Source of the DNA: an uncultured Gammaproteobacteria bacterium
GTDB lineage: Bacteria; Pseudomonadota; Gammaproteobacteria; Steroidobacterales; Rariloculaceae
DNA length: 64,000 nucleotides
Reading direction: 5' to 3'
Assembly (NCBI GenBank): GCA_963713355.1
Contig: CAVQLK010000012.1
Span: 36,679-100,678, forward strand
Shown here: piece by piece, positions 1 through 12,644 of the stretch
Layout of the letters: each line of letters starts with the position of its first letter
How positions within the stretch are numbered: the first letter of the stretch is position 1
Program-made: the position numbers and the translations under genes
The notes under the pieces: generated by a model
Databases searched by the model: none
The model's input: only the letters and a program-made list of their open reading frames with translations
What the model was told of the DNA's origin: nothing

Positions 1-2116
<2,116 letters not shown>

Positions 2117-2158
2117 TACGTAATCCGATTTCTGTTGAATCGTTTATAAACTATTGAT

Positions 2159-3305
2159 CTATCCGGCTTTCGCGCGGTGCCGATAAGCCTTCATCGACGA
2201 CGTGAAGCGCTGGAACAGCGGCTTCAGGTCGTGCGGCCGGGCTCGCCTCAGGATGCCCTTGGAAGGAGAACGCGGGTCGATCGGTCCGCTCGATGCCCTG
2301 CAAGGTGCCGTCGAACAGCGACCGGTGCGTCGCGCGCACATTCGCAGGCAGCGTGTTCTCCTGCACTGCGAAGCCGTGGTTCTGGCTCGTGATCATCACG
2401 CGGCCCGAATCGAGCTCGACGACGGGGTGATTCGCGCCGTGGTGGCCGAACTTCATCTTTTCCGTCTTGGCGCCGCTCGCGAGGCCGAGCAGTTGGTGGC
2501 CGAGACAGATGCCGAAGGTCGGCACGCCGTCGTCGACGAGCGTGCGGATCGCTTCGATCGCGTAGTCGCACGGCTCGGGATCGCCGGGCCCGTTCGATAG
2601 GAACACGCCGTCGGGCATCAACGCCATGACGTCCTCGGCTTTCGTCGTCGCGGGAACGACCGTGAGCCGGCAATCCTGCTCCGCGATCAGCCGCAAGATG
2701 TTGCGCTTGATGCCGTAGTCGAACGCGACGACGTGAAAGTTCGCGACTCGCTTCGTGTAGACGCTCTGCCGCTCGGGCCAGATCCTGCCCTGGTTCCATT
2801 GATACGCCTGCTTCGTCGTCACGAGCTTGGCGAGGTCCATGCCTTTCAAGCCCGGAAACTTGCGGGCGGCTTTGACAGCTTCGTCGGGATTGGCTTTCGC
2901 GCCCGTGACGATGCAGCCGGCCTGCGCGCCTTTGTCGCGCAAGATGCGCGTCAGCTGGCGGGTATCGATGTCCGCGATGGCGACCGTCTTGCCGCGGCGC
3001 AGAAATTGCTCGAGGCCGCCCTCGGCGCGCCAGTTGCTGACGATCGGCGACAAATCGCGAATGATCAGGCCGGCCGCGTAAATTTTCGTGGATTCGAAGT
3101 CGTCGGAGTTCGTGCCGGTGTTGCCGATATGCGGATACGTCAGCGTGACGATCTGGCGGTAGTACGACGGGTCGGTCAGGATCTCCTGATAGCCCGTCAT
3201 CGCGGTATTGAAAACGACTTCGCCGAGCGTTCGGCCTTCGGCGCCTACCGAGACGCCCTTCAACACCGTGCCATCTTCGAGCGCTAGTATCGCCGGCTCT
3301 GCCAC
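2159..3305 (-). CDS. carA: Carbamoyl-phosphate synthase small subunit (apparent frameshift near 2235-2242)
   Basis: Motifs [35 protein letters not shown] and FQGHPEAS. The expected C-terminus [11 protein letters not shown]...AKAG continues in another frame (ORF 2159..2341). Confidence 0.95.
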
Positions 3306-3339
3306 GCTGAGCTCCTACAAAAATTCGGCTTGCGTAAAT

Positions 3340-3378
3340 ACGCGGGATGGGCTGCAAGCCCCGCAGCCGATCCCGTGT
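3340..3378 (-). promoter_or_regulatory. Hairpin in the carA leader, possible attenuator or terminator
   Basis: Inverted repeats ACGCGGGAT/ATCCCGTGT and GGCTGC/GCAGCC, followed on the minus strand by ATTTAC. Ends about 35 nt upstream of the carA start. Confidence 0.45.
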
Positions 3379-3459
3379 TGATCAACGGGGAAACTCAGGC
3401 GGCAATTGTAGCCCGTCCTTTCGAGAACGATCTACTCGTTTGCGCCAAGAGGGGACAGA

Positions 3460-4269
3460 TCAGTCGCGTGAGAATCCGAGCACGTCGGCCATCGAGTACA
3501 GGCCCGGCGCCCGGCCGGCGACCCAGCGCGCGGCACGCAGCGCGCCCTGGGCGAATGCTTTGCGGTCGGCGGCGCGGTGGCAGAACATCACCTCTTCGTC
3601 GCTACCGACGAAGCGTACCGAGTGCTCGCCGACGACGTTGCCGCCGCGCGCCACCGAAAAGCCGATCGTGCCCGGCACGCGCGGCCCCGTCTGCCCGTGG
3701 CGCGTGTAGACGGCCAATTCGTCGAGCTTGCGGCCTCGCGCGGCCGCGACGCGCTCCCCCAGGGCGAGTGCCGTGCCCGAGGGCGCGTCGACCTTTTGGC
3801 GGTGGTGCGTTTCCGCGATCTCGACGTCGTAGCCGTCTTGAAGAGCCTTGGCGGCTCGAGCGACGAGCTCCATGAAAACGTTGACGCCGACGCTCATGTT
3901 TCGCCCGTAGACGATTGGGATCTCGTGCGCGGCCTTCTCCATGGCCTTCTGCTGGCGCTGCTCGAGGCCCGTCGTGCCGATGACGAGCGCGGCGCCCTGC
4001 TCGACGCAGGCGCGCAGGTTCGCCTCCGTTGCCGTCGGTAACGTGAAGTCGACGGCGACCTGAGCGGAGTGCAAGCCATGGCTGCGCTCGTCCGTCAGCG
4101 GCACGCCGGCCGCACGGCCGCCCGCGAGCTCGCCGGCATCGCGGCCAAGCTGTGCGTCGCCAGTCTCCGTCACTGCGCCGACGAGTGTGAGATCGCCGGC
4201 CTCGAGGATGCAGCTTAAGGTCGCGCGGCCCATGCGGCCCGCGGCGCCGAGAACGGCTACCTTCAACAA
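3460..4269 (-). CDS. dapB: 4-hydroxy-tetrahydrodipicolinate reductase
   Basis: GAAGRMG nucleotide-binding loop and ETHHRQKVDAPSGTAL motif; dnaJ-dapB-carA gene order. Confidence 0.96.
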   Translation of the reverse strand: MLKVAVLGAAGRMGRATLSCILEAGDLTLVGAVTETGDAQLGRDAGELAGGRAAGVPLTDERSHGLHSAQVAVDFTLPTATEANLRACVEQGAALVIGTTGLEQRQQKAMEKAAHEIPIVYGRNMSVGVNVFMELVARAAKALQDGYDVEIAETHHRQKVDAPSGTALALGERVAAARGRKLDELAVYTRHGQTGPRVPGTIGFSVARGGNVVGEHSVRFVGSDEEVMFCHRAADRKAFAQGALRAARWVAGRAPGLYSMADVLGFSRD

Positions 4270-4273
4270 CTCG

Positions 4274-5419
4274 CTATGCTCCCATCCGCTCGAAAAACTC
4301 TTTCACGCCGTCGAACCAGGAACGCGCGCGCGGGCTGTGCCGCCCGCCTTCGTTCTGGATGGCGGTATCGAAAGCGCGGAGCTTTTCCTTCTGCTCGGAC
4401 GTCAGGCTCACGGGTGTCTCGACTTGCACGCGGCAGAACAAGTCGCCGACGCCGCTCTCGCGGACGGAGCGTACTCCCTTCCCTCGTAGCCGGAACAGAC
4501 TTCCGGATTGCGTCTCGGGCGGGACTTTCAACACGACGTTGCCGTCGAGCGTGGGCACGTCGACGTTGCCGCCGAGGGCCGCCGTCGCAAAGCTGACCGG
4601 TACCTCACAGCTCAAATTCTGACCCTCCCGAGTGAAGATCGGATGGGCTTGAACGGTGATGTCGACGTACAGGTCGCCTGCCGGCCCGCCGTTACGTCCG
4701 GCTTCGCCTTCGCGCGCGAGACGAATCCTGTCGCCATTGTCGACGCCTGCCGGCACCTTGACCGAGAGCGTCTTGTTCTTACGGACACGGCCGCGCCCGC
4801 TGCAGTCGCGGCACGGCTTATCGATCGTGGCGCCGGCTCCTCCGCACGTGGGGCACGTCTGCTGAATCGAGAAAAAGCCCTGAGTCACGCGCACCTGGCC
4901 CGCGCCTCCGCAGGTCTTGCAGCCGATCGGCTGCGAGCCCGGCTCCGCGCCTTTGCCGGCACAGCGAGTGCATTCGACGTGGCTCGGGATGTCCAGCGTG
5001 ACGGAATCGCCGGCGACCGCTTGCTCGAGCGTCAACTCGAGCTCGTAGCGCAGGTCCGCGCCGCGAAACACCTGGCTGCGGCCGCCGCGGCGACTCGCCC
5101 CGAAGATGTCGCCGAACACATCGCCGAAGATGTCGCTGAAGGCATCGGCGCCCTCGCCGAAGCCACCGCCCGCTCCGTGGCCCTGCACTCCGGCATGGCC
5201 GAATCGGTCGTAAGCAGCGCGCTTCTCCTTATCGGAGAGGACCTCGTAGGCTTCCTTCGCCTCCTTGAAATGCCCTTCCGCCTCGGGCTGCCCCGGATTC
5301 CGATCCGGATGATGCTTCATGGCCAGGCGGCGATACGCCTTCTTCACGTCGGCTTCCGCGGCGTCGCGCGCGATACCGAGTATCTCGTAGTAGTCCCGTT
5401 TCGGGTCTCGCTTCGCCAT
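4274..5419 (-). CDS. dnaJ: Chaperone DnaJ
   Basis: J domain with HPD, G/F-rich linker and four CxxCxGxG zinc-finger repeats. Confidence 0.98.
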   Translation of the reverse strand: MAKRDPKRDYYEILGIARDAAEADVKKAYRRLAMKHHPDRNPGQPEAEGHFKEAKEAYEVLSDKEKRAAYDRFGHAGVQGHGAGGGFGEGADAFSDIFGDVFGDIFGASRRGGRSQVFRGADLRYELELTLEQAVAGDSVTLDIPSHVECTRCAGKGAEPGSQPIGCKTCGGAGQVRVTQGFFSIQQTCPTCGGAGATIDKPCRDCSGRGRVRKNKTLSVKVPAGVDNGDRIRLAREGEAGRNGGPAGDLYVDITVQAHPIFTREGQNLSCEVPVSFATAALGGNVDVPTLDGNVVLKVPPETQSGSLFRLRGKGVRSVRESGVGDLFCRVQVETPVSLTSEQKEKLRAFDTAIQNEGGRHSPRARSWFDGVKEFFERMGA

Positions 5420-5435
5420 CCTCACCCTCGATAGC

Positions 5436-5463
5436 AGGAGAGCACGCTGGTGCGTGCTCTCCT
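5436..5463. terminator. Perfect 12-bp hairpin between dnaK and dnaJ
   Basis: AGGAGAGCACGC-TGGT-GCGTGCTCTCCT. No U-tract, so it is more likely an mRNA-stabilising or partially terminating stem. Confidence 0.55.
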
Positions 5464-5492
5464 AGGTTCGCCAGCCGCACGCCAGAGCGCGA

Positions 5493-7427
5493 TCAGCTGT
5501 TCTTGTTTTTGTCGTCCTTGACTTCCTCGAACTCGGCGTCGACGACGTTGTCGTTGCCGCCGCCCTCCGCCGGCGTGTCGCCCGGGGCGCTACCGCCGGC
5601 GCCTTGCTGCTGGTTCGCATAGAGGCGCTGGGCCATCCCGGACGATGCCTCACCGAGCGCTCGCAGCTTCGTCTCGATGACGGCCTTGTTATCGCTCTTG
5701 ACGGCTTCCTTGACGTCCGCGAGCGCCGATTCGATCTTCGCACGTTCCTCGCCGGACACCTTATCGCCCAATTCACGCAGTGACTTCTCGGTAGCGTGAA
5801 TCAACGAGTCCGCCTGGTTACGCGTCTCAGCAAGCTCGCGGAACTTGACGTCCTCGGCCGCGTGCGCTTCGGCGTCGCCGACCATGCGCTTGATCTCGTC
5901 CTCGCTCAAGCCCGACGAGGCCTTGATGACGATCTTCTGCTCCTTGCCAGTCGCCTTGTCCTTCGCCGACACGTTGAGGATGCCGTTCGCGTCGATGTCG
6001 AACGTGACTTCGACCTGCGGCATGCCGCGTGGCGCCGGAGGCAGGTCCGTGAGATCGAACCGTCCGAGCGACTTGTTGTCGCCCGCACGACCGCGCTCGC
6101 CCTGGAGCACGTGGATCGTAACGGCCGTCTGATTGTCCTCGGCCGTCGAGAACGTCTGGTTCGCTTTCGTCGGAATCGTCGTGTTCTTGTCGATGAGCTT
6201 CGTCATGACACCGCCCAACGTCTCGATACCGAGCGACAACGGCGTGACATCGAGCAGCAATACGTCCTTGACCTCGCCCGCGAGCACGCCGGCCTGGATC
6301 GCCGCGCCGACGGCGACGGCTTCGTCCGGATTGACGTCCTTGCGCGGCTCCTTGCCGAACAACGACTGCACCGCTTCCTGGACCTTCGGCATACGCGTCT
6401 GGCCGCCGACCAAGATGACGTCGTCGACCTCGGCTACCTTCAGGCCGGCATCGTTGAGCGCGGTCTTGCAGGGCGCGATAGTCCTCTCGATCAAGTCCTC
6501 GACGAGCGACTCGAGCTTCGCGCGCGTCAAATTGATGTTCAGGTGCTTGGGTCCAGATGCATCCGCCGTGATGTACGGCAGATTGACCTCGGTCTGCTGA
6601 CGCGACGAAAGCTCGATCTTCGCCTTCTCGGATGCTTCCTTGAGGCGCTGCATCGCGAGCGGATCGCGCCGGATATCGACGCCGCTCTCCTTCTGAAACT
6701 CCTTGGCGAGGTAATCGATGATGCGCTTGTCGAAGTCTTCGCCGCCGAGGAACGTATCGCCGTTCGTCGCGAGCACCTCGAACTGATGCTCACCGTCGAC
6801 CTCTGCGATCTCGATGATCGAGATGTCGAACGTGCCGCCACCCAAATCGTACACGGCGATCTTGCGGTCGCCGCGCTTCTTGTCCATGCCATAAGCGAGC
6901 GCAGCGGCCGTCGGCTCGTTGATGATGCGCTTGACGTCGAGGCCCGCGATCTTGCCTGCGTCCTTCGTCGCTTGGCGCTGCGAATCGTTGAAGTACGCCG
7001 GCACCGTGATCACGGCTTCGGTGACCTTCTCGCCGAGGTAGTCCTCGGCCGTCTGCTTCATCTTCGCGAGCACGCGCGCCGAGATCTCCGGCGGCGCCAT
7101 CTTCTTGCCGTTGGCCTCTACCCAAGCGTCGCCGTTGTCGGCCTTGACGATCTTGTACGGCACCATGCCGACGTCTTTCTGAACGACGTCGTCGCTGAAC
7201 TTACGGCCGATGAGACGCTTGATGGCCTGGAGCGTATTGCTGGGATTCGTGACCGCCTGGCGCTTCGCGGTCTGTCCCACCAGCACCTCGCCATCCTTCG
7301 TGAACGCGACGATGGACGGCGTCGTGCGATCGCCCTCGCTGTTCTCGATGACCTTCGGCTTGCCGCCGTCCATGATCGCGACGCACGAGTTCGTCGTGCC
7401 GAGATCGATGCCGATCACTCTTCCCAT
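5493..7427 (-). CDS. dnaK: Chaperone DnaK (Hsp70)
   Basis: [17 protein letters not shown] and C-terminal DAEFEEV motifs. Confidence 0.99.
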   Translation of the reverse strand: MGRVIGIDLGTTNSCVAIMDGGKPKVIENSEGDRTTPSIVAFTKDGEVLVGQTAKRQAVTNPSNTLQAIKRLIGRKFSDDVVQKDVGMVPYKIVKADNGDAWVEANGKKMAPPEISARVLAKMKQTAEDYLGEKVTEAVITVPAYFNDSQRQATKDAGKIAGLDVKRIINEPTAAALAYGMDKKRGDRKIAVYDLGGGTFDISIIEIAEVDGEHQFEVLATNGDTFLGGEDFDKRIIDYLAKEFQKESGVDIRRDPLAMQRLKEASEKAKIELSSRQQTEVNLPYITADASGPKHLNINLTRAKLESLVEDLIERTIAPCKTALNDAGLKVAEVDDVILVGGQTRMPKVQEAVQSLFGKEPRKDVNPDEAVAVGAAIQAGVLAGEVKDVLLLDVTPLSLGIETLGGVMTKLIDKNTTIPTKANQTFSTAEDNQTAVTIHVLQGERGRAGDNKSLGRFDLTDLPPAPRGMPQVEVTFDIDANGILNVSAKDKATGKEQKIVIKASSGLSEDEIKRMVGDAEAHAAEDVKFRELAETRNQADSLIHATEKSLRELGDKVSGEERAKIESALADVKEAVKSDNKAVIETKLRALGEASSGMAQRLYANQQQGAGGSAPGDTPAEGGGNDNVVDAEFEEVKDDKNKNS

Positions 7428-7478
7428 GTGACTACTCCAAACTCTCTAATGCGTTAAAGCAAAAAACTCAATTCCGCG

Positions 7479-7508
7479 AGATGGGGTGCCCGCACCCCTC
7501 AATTCAAG
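7479..7508 (-). promoter_or_regulatory. Sigma32 (RpoH)-type promoter for dnaK
   Basis: Minus strand CTTGAAT-N15-CCCCATCT, close to the heat-shock consensus TTGAAA-N13-15-CCCCATNT. Confidence 0.7.
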
Positions 7509-8022
7509 GAGCGTCGCCCCTCGCCACGAGGACCTTGGCGGCGCGCAGCAGCCGCTCGTTGAGCTCGTAGCCCTTTTGAACGACCTCGAGCACCGTGTCG
7601 GGCGCGACGCCCGCCGCGGGAACGACGCTGAGGGCTTCGTGCTTGTTCGGATCGAAAGGCTCGCCGACGGGATCGATCTCGCGGATACCGGACGCGGCCA
7701 ATGCGTCGTCGAGCAGCCGCAGCGTGGCGCGCTGTCCGTCGAGCAGGACCGTGTCACCGGCTTTCTCGGCCGCCGCCAATCCCGCCTCGAGGCTGTCGCG
7801 TACCGGAAGGATCGCTTGCGCGAGCCGCTCGGCGCCGAACTTGCGGGCCGCATCGAGCTCCCTCGCGCTGCGCTTGCGGAAGTTGTCGAGCTCGGCGACG
7901 GCCCGCAGATGCCGATCCCGGTGCTCGTCAGCCTCGCGGCGCAACGCTTCGACCTCGGGATCGACGCCGTTGGAAATCTCGGCTGCGGCTGTTTGTTCGG
8001 TCGGGTTTCCGTTTCCGTTCAT
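7504..8022 (-). CDS. grpE: Nucleotide exchange factor GrpE
   Basis: AELDNFRKR, FDPNKHEA and QKGYELNERLLRAAKV motifs; lies between hrcA and dnaK. Confidence 0.97.
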   Translation of the reverse strand: MNGNGNPTEQTAAAEISNGVDPEVEALRREADEHRDRHLRAVAELDNFRKRSARELDAARKFGAERLAQAILPVRDSLEAGLAAAEKAGDTVLLDGQRATLRLLDDALAASGIREIDPVGEPFDPNKHEALSVVPAAGVAPDTVLEVVQKGYELNERLLRAAKVLVARGDAP

Positions 8023-8071
8023 GAGAATCCTGCGTGCCGACCACCGACGGGCCTAGTGTTCGAGCCTTCGC

Positions 8072-8100
8072 AAATGGGGGGCTAGCCGCTGGACTTCAAG
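8072..8100 (-). promoter_or_regulatory. Sigma32 (RpoH)-type promoter for grpE
   Basis: Minus strand CTTGAAG-N14-CCCCATTT, overlapping the hrcA stop. Confidence 0.75.
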
Positions 8101-9137
8101 GCCCGGCCCAGCAACTTGGCCGTGACGTCGACGATCGGAATGACTCGCTCGTACGCCATCCGGGTCGGGCCGATGACGCCGAGCACGCCCATCGTGTCGT
8201 CTTCGGTCACGTAAGGCGCCGCGACAATACTATAAGAATCGAGCAGCTCGTATCCCGACTCGTGGCCGATGAAGATCTGAACGCCGTCAGCCTTCATGCT
8301 CTGGTCGAGCAGGTGCAGGATGTCGCGCTGGCGGCCGAACGCCTCGAACAAGCCCTTCAGGGTCTCGACGTTGTGGACTTGATCGACGCCCATGAGATTC
8401 GTTTCGCCTGCGATGACGAACTCGGGCTCGGGCTCGGCTTCCGGAAATACCCTCTGAGCCATCTCGATGGCCTCGACCATCAACGCATTCATCGAGGCGC
8501 GGGTCCGCTTGAGCTCTGCAAGCAGCAGATCCCTTACCTCGCGGAGGCTGCGGCCGCTGACGTGCGCATTCAAGTAATTGCTCGCCCGCTTGAGCTCGTC
8601 GGCTCCGAAATCTCGCGAAACGTTGAGGATTTTGTTCTGGACCTCACGGTCGTTGACTACGAGGATGGCCAGCACTCGATGGCCGGACAACGGCAAGAAC
8701 TCGATCTGGCGCAGCGCCGTCTGCGCGCGTCGCGGCACGGTAACGATTCCCGCGAGGCTCGTGACGGCCGAGAGGAGGTTCGACACGGACAGCGCGAGTG
8801 CCTGCGGATCGCCAGAGGTCTCGGTGAGGCTTTCGCTAAAACGCTTGAGCTCGTCGCCTTGCGGCGGCGTCAGCTTGATCAGCGTATCCACGAAGAAGCG
8901 GTAGCCCTTGATCGTCGGCACGCGCCCCGCCGACGTATGGGGTGATTTCACGAACCCGAGCTCTTCGAGATCGGAAACGATGTTGCGAATCGTCGCTGGA
9001 CTCAACTCCAAACCGGGCTCGCGCGAAAGCGTGCGCGACCCGACGGGCTGTCCATCGCGAATATATTTGTCGACGAGAAGGCGCAGCAGAGTCTGCGCGC
9101 GCTCGTCCAGGACTTCTCGAGGTTTGTCGCTCGTCAT
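8082..9137 (-). CDS. hrcA: Heat-inducible transcription repressor HrcA
   Basis: PVGSRTL, SPATIRN, PHTSAGRVPT and GVIGPTRMAY motifs; start placed at ATG 9137. Confidence 0.96.
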   Translation of the reverse strand: MTSDKPREVLDERAQTLLRLLVDKYIRDGQPVGSRTLSREPGLELSPATIRNIVSDLEELGFVKSPHTSAGRVPTIKGYRFFVDTLIKLTPPQGDELKRFSESLTETSGDPQALALSVSNLLSAVTSLAGIVTVPRRAQTALRQIEFLPLSGHRVLAILVVNDREVQNKILNVSRDFGADELKRASNYLNAHVSGRSLREVRDLLLAELKRTRASMNALMVEAIEMAQRVFPEAEPEPEFVIAGETNLMGVDQVHNVETLKGLFEAFGRQRDILHLLDQSMKADGVQIFIGHESGYELLDSYSIVAAPYVTEDDTMGVLGVIGPTRMAYERVIPIVDVTAKLLGRALKSSG

Positions 9138-9222
9138 CGGCCCAGGCTGTGATAACGTAGAGCCCGCCTTAAGCGACCAGCACGCTAGCAACGGGTTCCC
9201 GCCACTGTCAAGAAAGCAAACC

Positions 9223-10122
9223 ATGCCGCGTGAGTTCAGGACGGTCGCGCTGTGGGGGCGCCTCGGCGAACGCAGTGTAACGGAGCCGGCGCAGCAACTC
9301 CTTTCCCACCTTCGTCAACGCGGCATCACGGTACTTGCTTCCATAACCTCCGACCCCGCGCGTGAGCTCAAGGAGGCGAGTCACGTCGACGAACGCGAGC
9401 TCGCGGCCAGGGCCGACTTGGTCGTCTCGATCGGCGGCGACGGCACCTTGCTGCACGCAGCTCGCAACGTCGCCGCGCGCGAGGTGCCCCTCGTCGGCAT
9501 CAATCGCGGCCGGTTGGGTTTCTTGACCGACGTGTCGCCCGAGCACATGTGCGACGCGCTCGACGCGATTCTCGCCGGAAACTATCTCGCCGAGCGCCGC
9601 TTGACGCTCTCGGCTGCGCTGGGCGGCAGCGCCTCGATCGAAGGGCTATTCGCCCTCAACGACATCGTCTTGCAGAAGGGCGATACCGGCCGGCTGCTCG
9701 ACTTCACGACGGAAGTCGACGACGTCTACGTGAACACGCACCGCGGCGACGGTCTCATCGTCGCCACGCCGACGGGCTCGACGGCCTATGCGCTGTCTTG
9801 CAGCGGGCCGATCATCCAGCCGAACGTCGACGCGCTCGTGATGGTGCCGATCTGCCCGCACACGCTCAGCGATCGCCCGCTCGTGTTGCCGAGTACGAGC
9901 CGAATACGCGTGACGCTCGACAATGCGGGCGCCAGCGAAGCCCACGTCGTCTGCGACGGCGCGTCGCAGGCGCGCATGTCGAGCGGTGACGTTCTGAATA
10001 TTTCGCTGGCGAAGCAAGCGGTCACGTTGCTGCATCCGCGCGAATACAACTATTACGAGCTGCTGCGCTCGAAGCTGAACTGGGGGCGCGCGAACCGCGA
10101 CCGGCCCAACGGCCGCCGCTAA
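9223..10122 (+). CDS. nadK: NAD kinase
   Basis: GGDGTLL, GINRGRLGFL and DGLIVATPTGSTAYALS motifs; divergent from hrcA and upstream of recN. Confidence 0.96.
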   Translation: MPREFRTVALWGRLGERSVTEPAQQLLSHLRQRGITVLASITSDPARELKEASHVDERELAARADLVVSIGGDGTLLHAARNVAAREVPLVGINRGRLGFLTDVSPEHMCDALDAILAGNYLAERRLTLSAALGGSASIEGLFALNDIVLQKGDTGRLLDFTTEVDDVYVNTHRGDGLIVATPTGSTAYALSCSGPIIQPNVDALVMVPICPHTLSDRPLVLPSTSRIRVTLDNAGASEAHVVCDGASQARMSSGDVLNISLAKQAVTLLHPREYNYYELLRSKLNWGRANRDRPNGRR

Positions 10123-10128
10123 CGGGCC

Positions 10129-11802
10129 ATGCTGAGCCTGATACGCGTCAAGAACTACGCCGTTATAGACGAGATCGAGGTCGAGTTCGGCGAAGGGCTG
10201 AACGTCATGACCGGCGAGACCGGCGCTGGCAAGTCCATTCTCGTCGACGCGCTCGGTCTCGCTTTGGGCGATCGCGCCGATGCGACCGCCGTGCGCCACG
10301 ACGCCGAGCGCGCCGAGATCAGCGTATCGTTCGACGTCCCGGCGGGACACGCGGCGATTGCGTGGCTAGCGGAGCGCGGGCTCGACGACGACACGGCCTG
10401 CACGCTGCGCCGGCTCGTCGGCTCCGACGGCCGCTCGCGCGCGTTCATCAACGGCCAGCCCGTGAATCTGCAAGACTTGAAGGCGCTCGGCGGCCTGCTA
10501 GTCGACATCCATGGTCAGCATGCCCATCAATCGCTGCTCGACACGGGCAACCAGCGGGCCCTGCTCGACGCGCACGACGAGATCGCTCCTGTCGCAACCG
10601 CCGTCGCGGAATGTTTTGCAGCGTGGCACGCGCTCGTCGAGCAGCTCGAGAACCGCCGCTCGTCGAGCGCGCAACGGGAAGCGGAGATCGAGCTCGCGCG
10701 TTTTCAAGTCGCCGAGCTCGAAGCGCTGGCTCTCGCCGAAGGCGAGCCTGAGCGGCTTCGGGCCGAGCGCGACCGGCTCGCGAACACGGACCGGCTACTC
10801 GGCGGCGCGAGCGCGGCACTCGATGCGCTGGCGGACAACGAAACCGGTTCGGCCTACGCCGCCGTCGTCCTCGCACGGCGCGAGATCGACAAGCTCGCCG
10901 AGGTCGACGACGCGCTGCGCGCGCCGGCCACGTCGCTCGCGAGCATCGAGATCGAGCTACGCGAGGTCGAGTCGACGCTGAAGCACTATCGCGACCGCAT
11001 CGAGGCGGATCCGGCGCGGCTCACCTGGCTCGACGATCGGCTCGCCCGCGTGCGCACGCTTGCGCGCCGCCACGCGTCGAGCGAAGACGACCTGCCGCGC
11101 GTGCTGCCCGCCTTGCGCGCGCGGCTCGCGGCGCTCGACGGCAGCGGCGAGCCGCTCGAAGCGCTCGAAAAGCGGACCGGCGAAGCGCGCGAGCAATTTC
11201 TAACCGCAGCGCGCCGGCTGAGCGGCTTGCGTGCCACGCACGCGGCCGCATTGAGCCGCGACGTCACCAGCCTCCTCGTCGAGCTTGGCATGCCGCATGG
11301 CGAGCTGCGCGTCGAGCTCGAGCAGAAGCCGATCGAGCGCGCCGATGCGGCGGGCCTCGAGCGTGTCGAGTTCCAGGTCAAGCTCAATCCCGGCCTTCCC
11401 TTCGCGCCGCTGGCCAAGGTGGCGTCCGGAGGCGAGCTGTCGCGCATCAGTCTCGGCGTCGAGGTCGCTCGCTCCGGCGCGTCGCCGGTCACGGCGTTCG
11501 TGTTCGACGAGGTGGACGCCGGTATCGGCGGCCGCGTCGCGGACATCGTCGGGCACAAGCTGCGCCAGCTTTCGAGCACTCGGCAGGTATTGTGCGTCAC
11601 GCACCTGCCGCAAGTCGCAAGCCACGGCGAAGCGCACTATCGCGTCGCGAAACACACGGATGGCAAGGTCAGCCGTACCGAGGTGCGTGCGCTGACGAGC
11701 AAGGAGCGCGTCGAGGAATTGTCGCGAATGCTCGGAGGCGTCGAGGTCACGGCGCGAACGCGTGCGCACGCGGCAGAGATGATCGAGCGGGCGAAGGGCT
11801 AG
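10129..11802 (+). CDS. recN: DNA repair protein RecN
   Basis: Walker A TGETGAGKS, coiled coil, signature ASGGELSR, FDEVDAGIGG and VTHLPQVA. Confidence 0.97.
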   Translation: MLSLIRVKNYAVIDEIEVEFGEGLNVMTGETGAGKSILVDALGLALGDRADATAVRHDAERAEISVSFDVPAGHAAIAWLAERGLDDDTACTLRRLVGSDGRSRAFINGQPVNLQDLKALGGLLVDIHGQHAHQSLLDTGNQRALLDAHDEIAPVATAVAECFAAWHALVEQLENRRSSSAQREAEIELARFQVAELEALALAEGEPERLRAERDRLANTDRLLGGASAALDALADNETGSAYAAVVLARREIDKLAEVDDALRAPATSLASIEIELREVESTLKHYRDRIEADPARLTWLDDRLARVRTLARRHASSEDDLPRVLPALRARLAALDGSGEPLEALEKRTGEAREQFLTAARRLSGLRATHAAALSRDVTSLLVELGMPHGELRVELEQKPIERADAAGLERVEFQVKLNPGLPFAPLAKVASGGELSRISLGVEVARSGASPVTAFVFDEVDAGIGGRVADIVGHKLRQLSSTRQVLCVTHLPQVASHGEAHYRVAKHTDGKVSRTEVRALTSKERVEELSRMLGGVEVTARTRAHAAEMIERAKG

Positions 11803-12215
11803 CTCGCGGCGGGCTTTTTCTTCGGGCGCACGTAGAGCACGAGACTGTGCTCCTCGATCTCGTAATCGTATTTATCCGCGATCTCGCGCTGGATCTGCTC
11901 GATTCGCTCGTCGTAGAACTCAGTGACGCGCCCCGTATCGAGACACACCATGTGATCGTGATGCGTACGGTCCGCAAGCTCGAAGACGGCCTGGCCGCCC
12001 TCGAAGTTGTGACGGCTCACGAGCCCTGCGCGCTCGAATTGCGTCAGCACACGATAGACGGTCGCAAGACCGAGCTCCTCGCCGCTATCGAGCAGCGCAC
12101 GATAGATCGCCTCAGCCGACAGATGCCGCTGGCGGCTGTGCTCGAGGACCTCGAGGACCTTCAGACGGGGCGAGGTGACCTTGAGGCCGGCTTTGCGAAG
12201 ATCTCGTCCCTCCAC
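11799..12215 (-). CDS. fur: Ferric uptake regulator
   Basis: AGLKVTSPR, GLATVYRVLTQFE and HHDHMVC motifs. Confidence 0.96.
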   Translation of the reverse strand: MEGRDLRKAGLKVTSPRLKVLEVLEHSRQRHLSAEAIYRALLDSGEELGLATVYRVLTQFERAGLVSRHNFEGGQAVFELADRTHHDHMVCLDTGRVTEFYDERIEQIQREIADKYDYEIEEHSLVLYVRPKKKPAAS

Positions 12216-12230
12216 CTGCCACCAGCTTGC

Positions 12231-12257
12231 GAACTATCCGGTATGATGCCGGTCCGA
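12231..12257 (+). promoter_or_regulatory. Putative sigmaE-type promoter for bamE
   Basis: GAACTA-N16-TCCGA upstream of bamE, which is a sigmaE target in enterobacteria. Confidence 0.45.
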
Positions 12258-12301
12258 TTATGACGCAAGGTCTGCCGCCGCTCCACCCGATCGCATCCCC
12301 C

Positions 12302-12625
12302 ATGAGATATCGAGCCCCGTTCATCGCCCTCGCCGCGATCGCACTCGCAGCTTGCGTTTATCGCATCGACATTCAGCAGGGCAACTTGCTCGACGACGAG
12401 GACATCGTTCAGGTCGACCTCGGCATGACGCGCAGCCAAGTCCAATTTCTGCTCGGCACCCCGATGGTCGCCGACAGCTTTCACCGCGATCGGTGGGACT
12501 ACGCCTACTATTATCGCCGCGGGCGCTCTCCGGATGCCGATCGCCGCTGGGTCGTCGTGCACTTCGAGAACGACCGCGTCGCACGCATCGATCGCGACCT
12601 CGAGCTCGACCCCGCGCCAAACTGA
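12302..12625 (+). CDS. bamE: Outer membrane protein assembly lipoprotein BamE (SmpA/OmlA)
   Basis: Lipobox LAAC, YRIDIQQGN, GMTRSQVQFLLGTP and RWDY motifs; divergent from fur. Confidence 0.93.
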   Translation: MRYRAPFIALAAIALAACVYRIDIQQGNLLDDEDIVQVDLGMTRSQVQFLLGTPMVADSFHRDRWDYAYYYRRGRSPDADRRWVVVHFENDRVARIDRDLELDPAPN

Positions 12626-12644
12626 CGCGGCCCACTGGGCGAGA

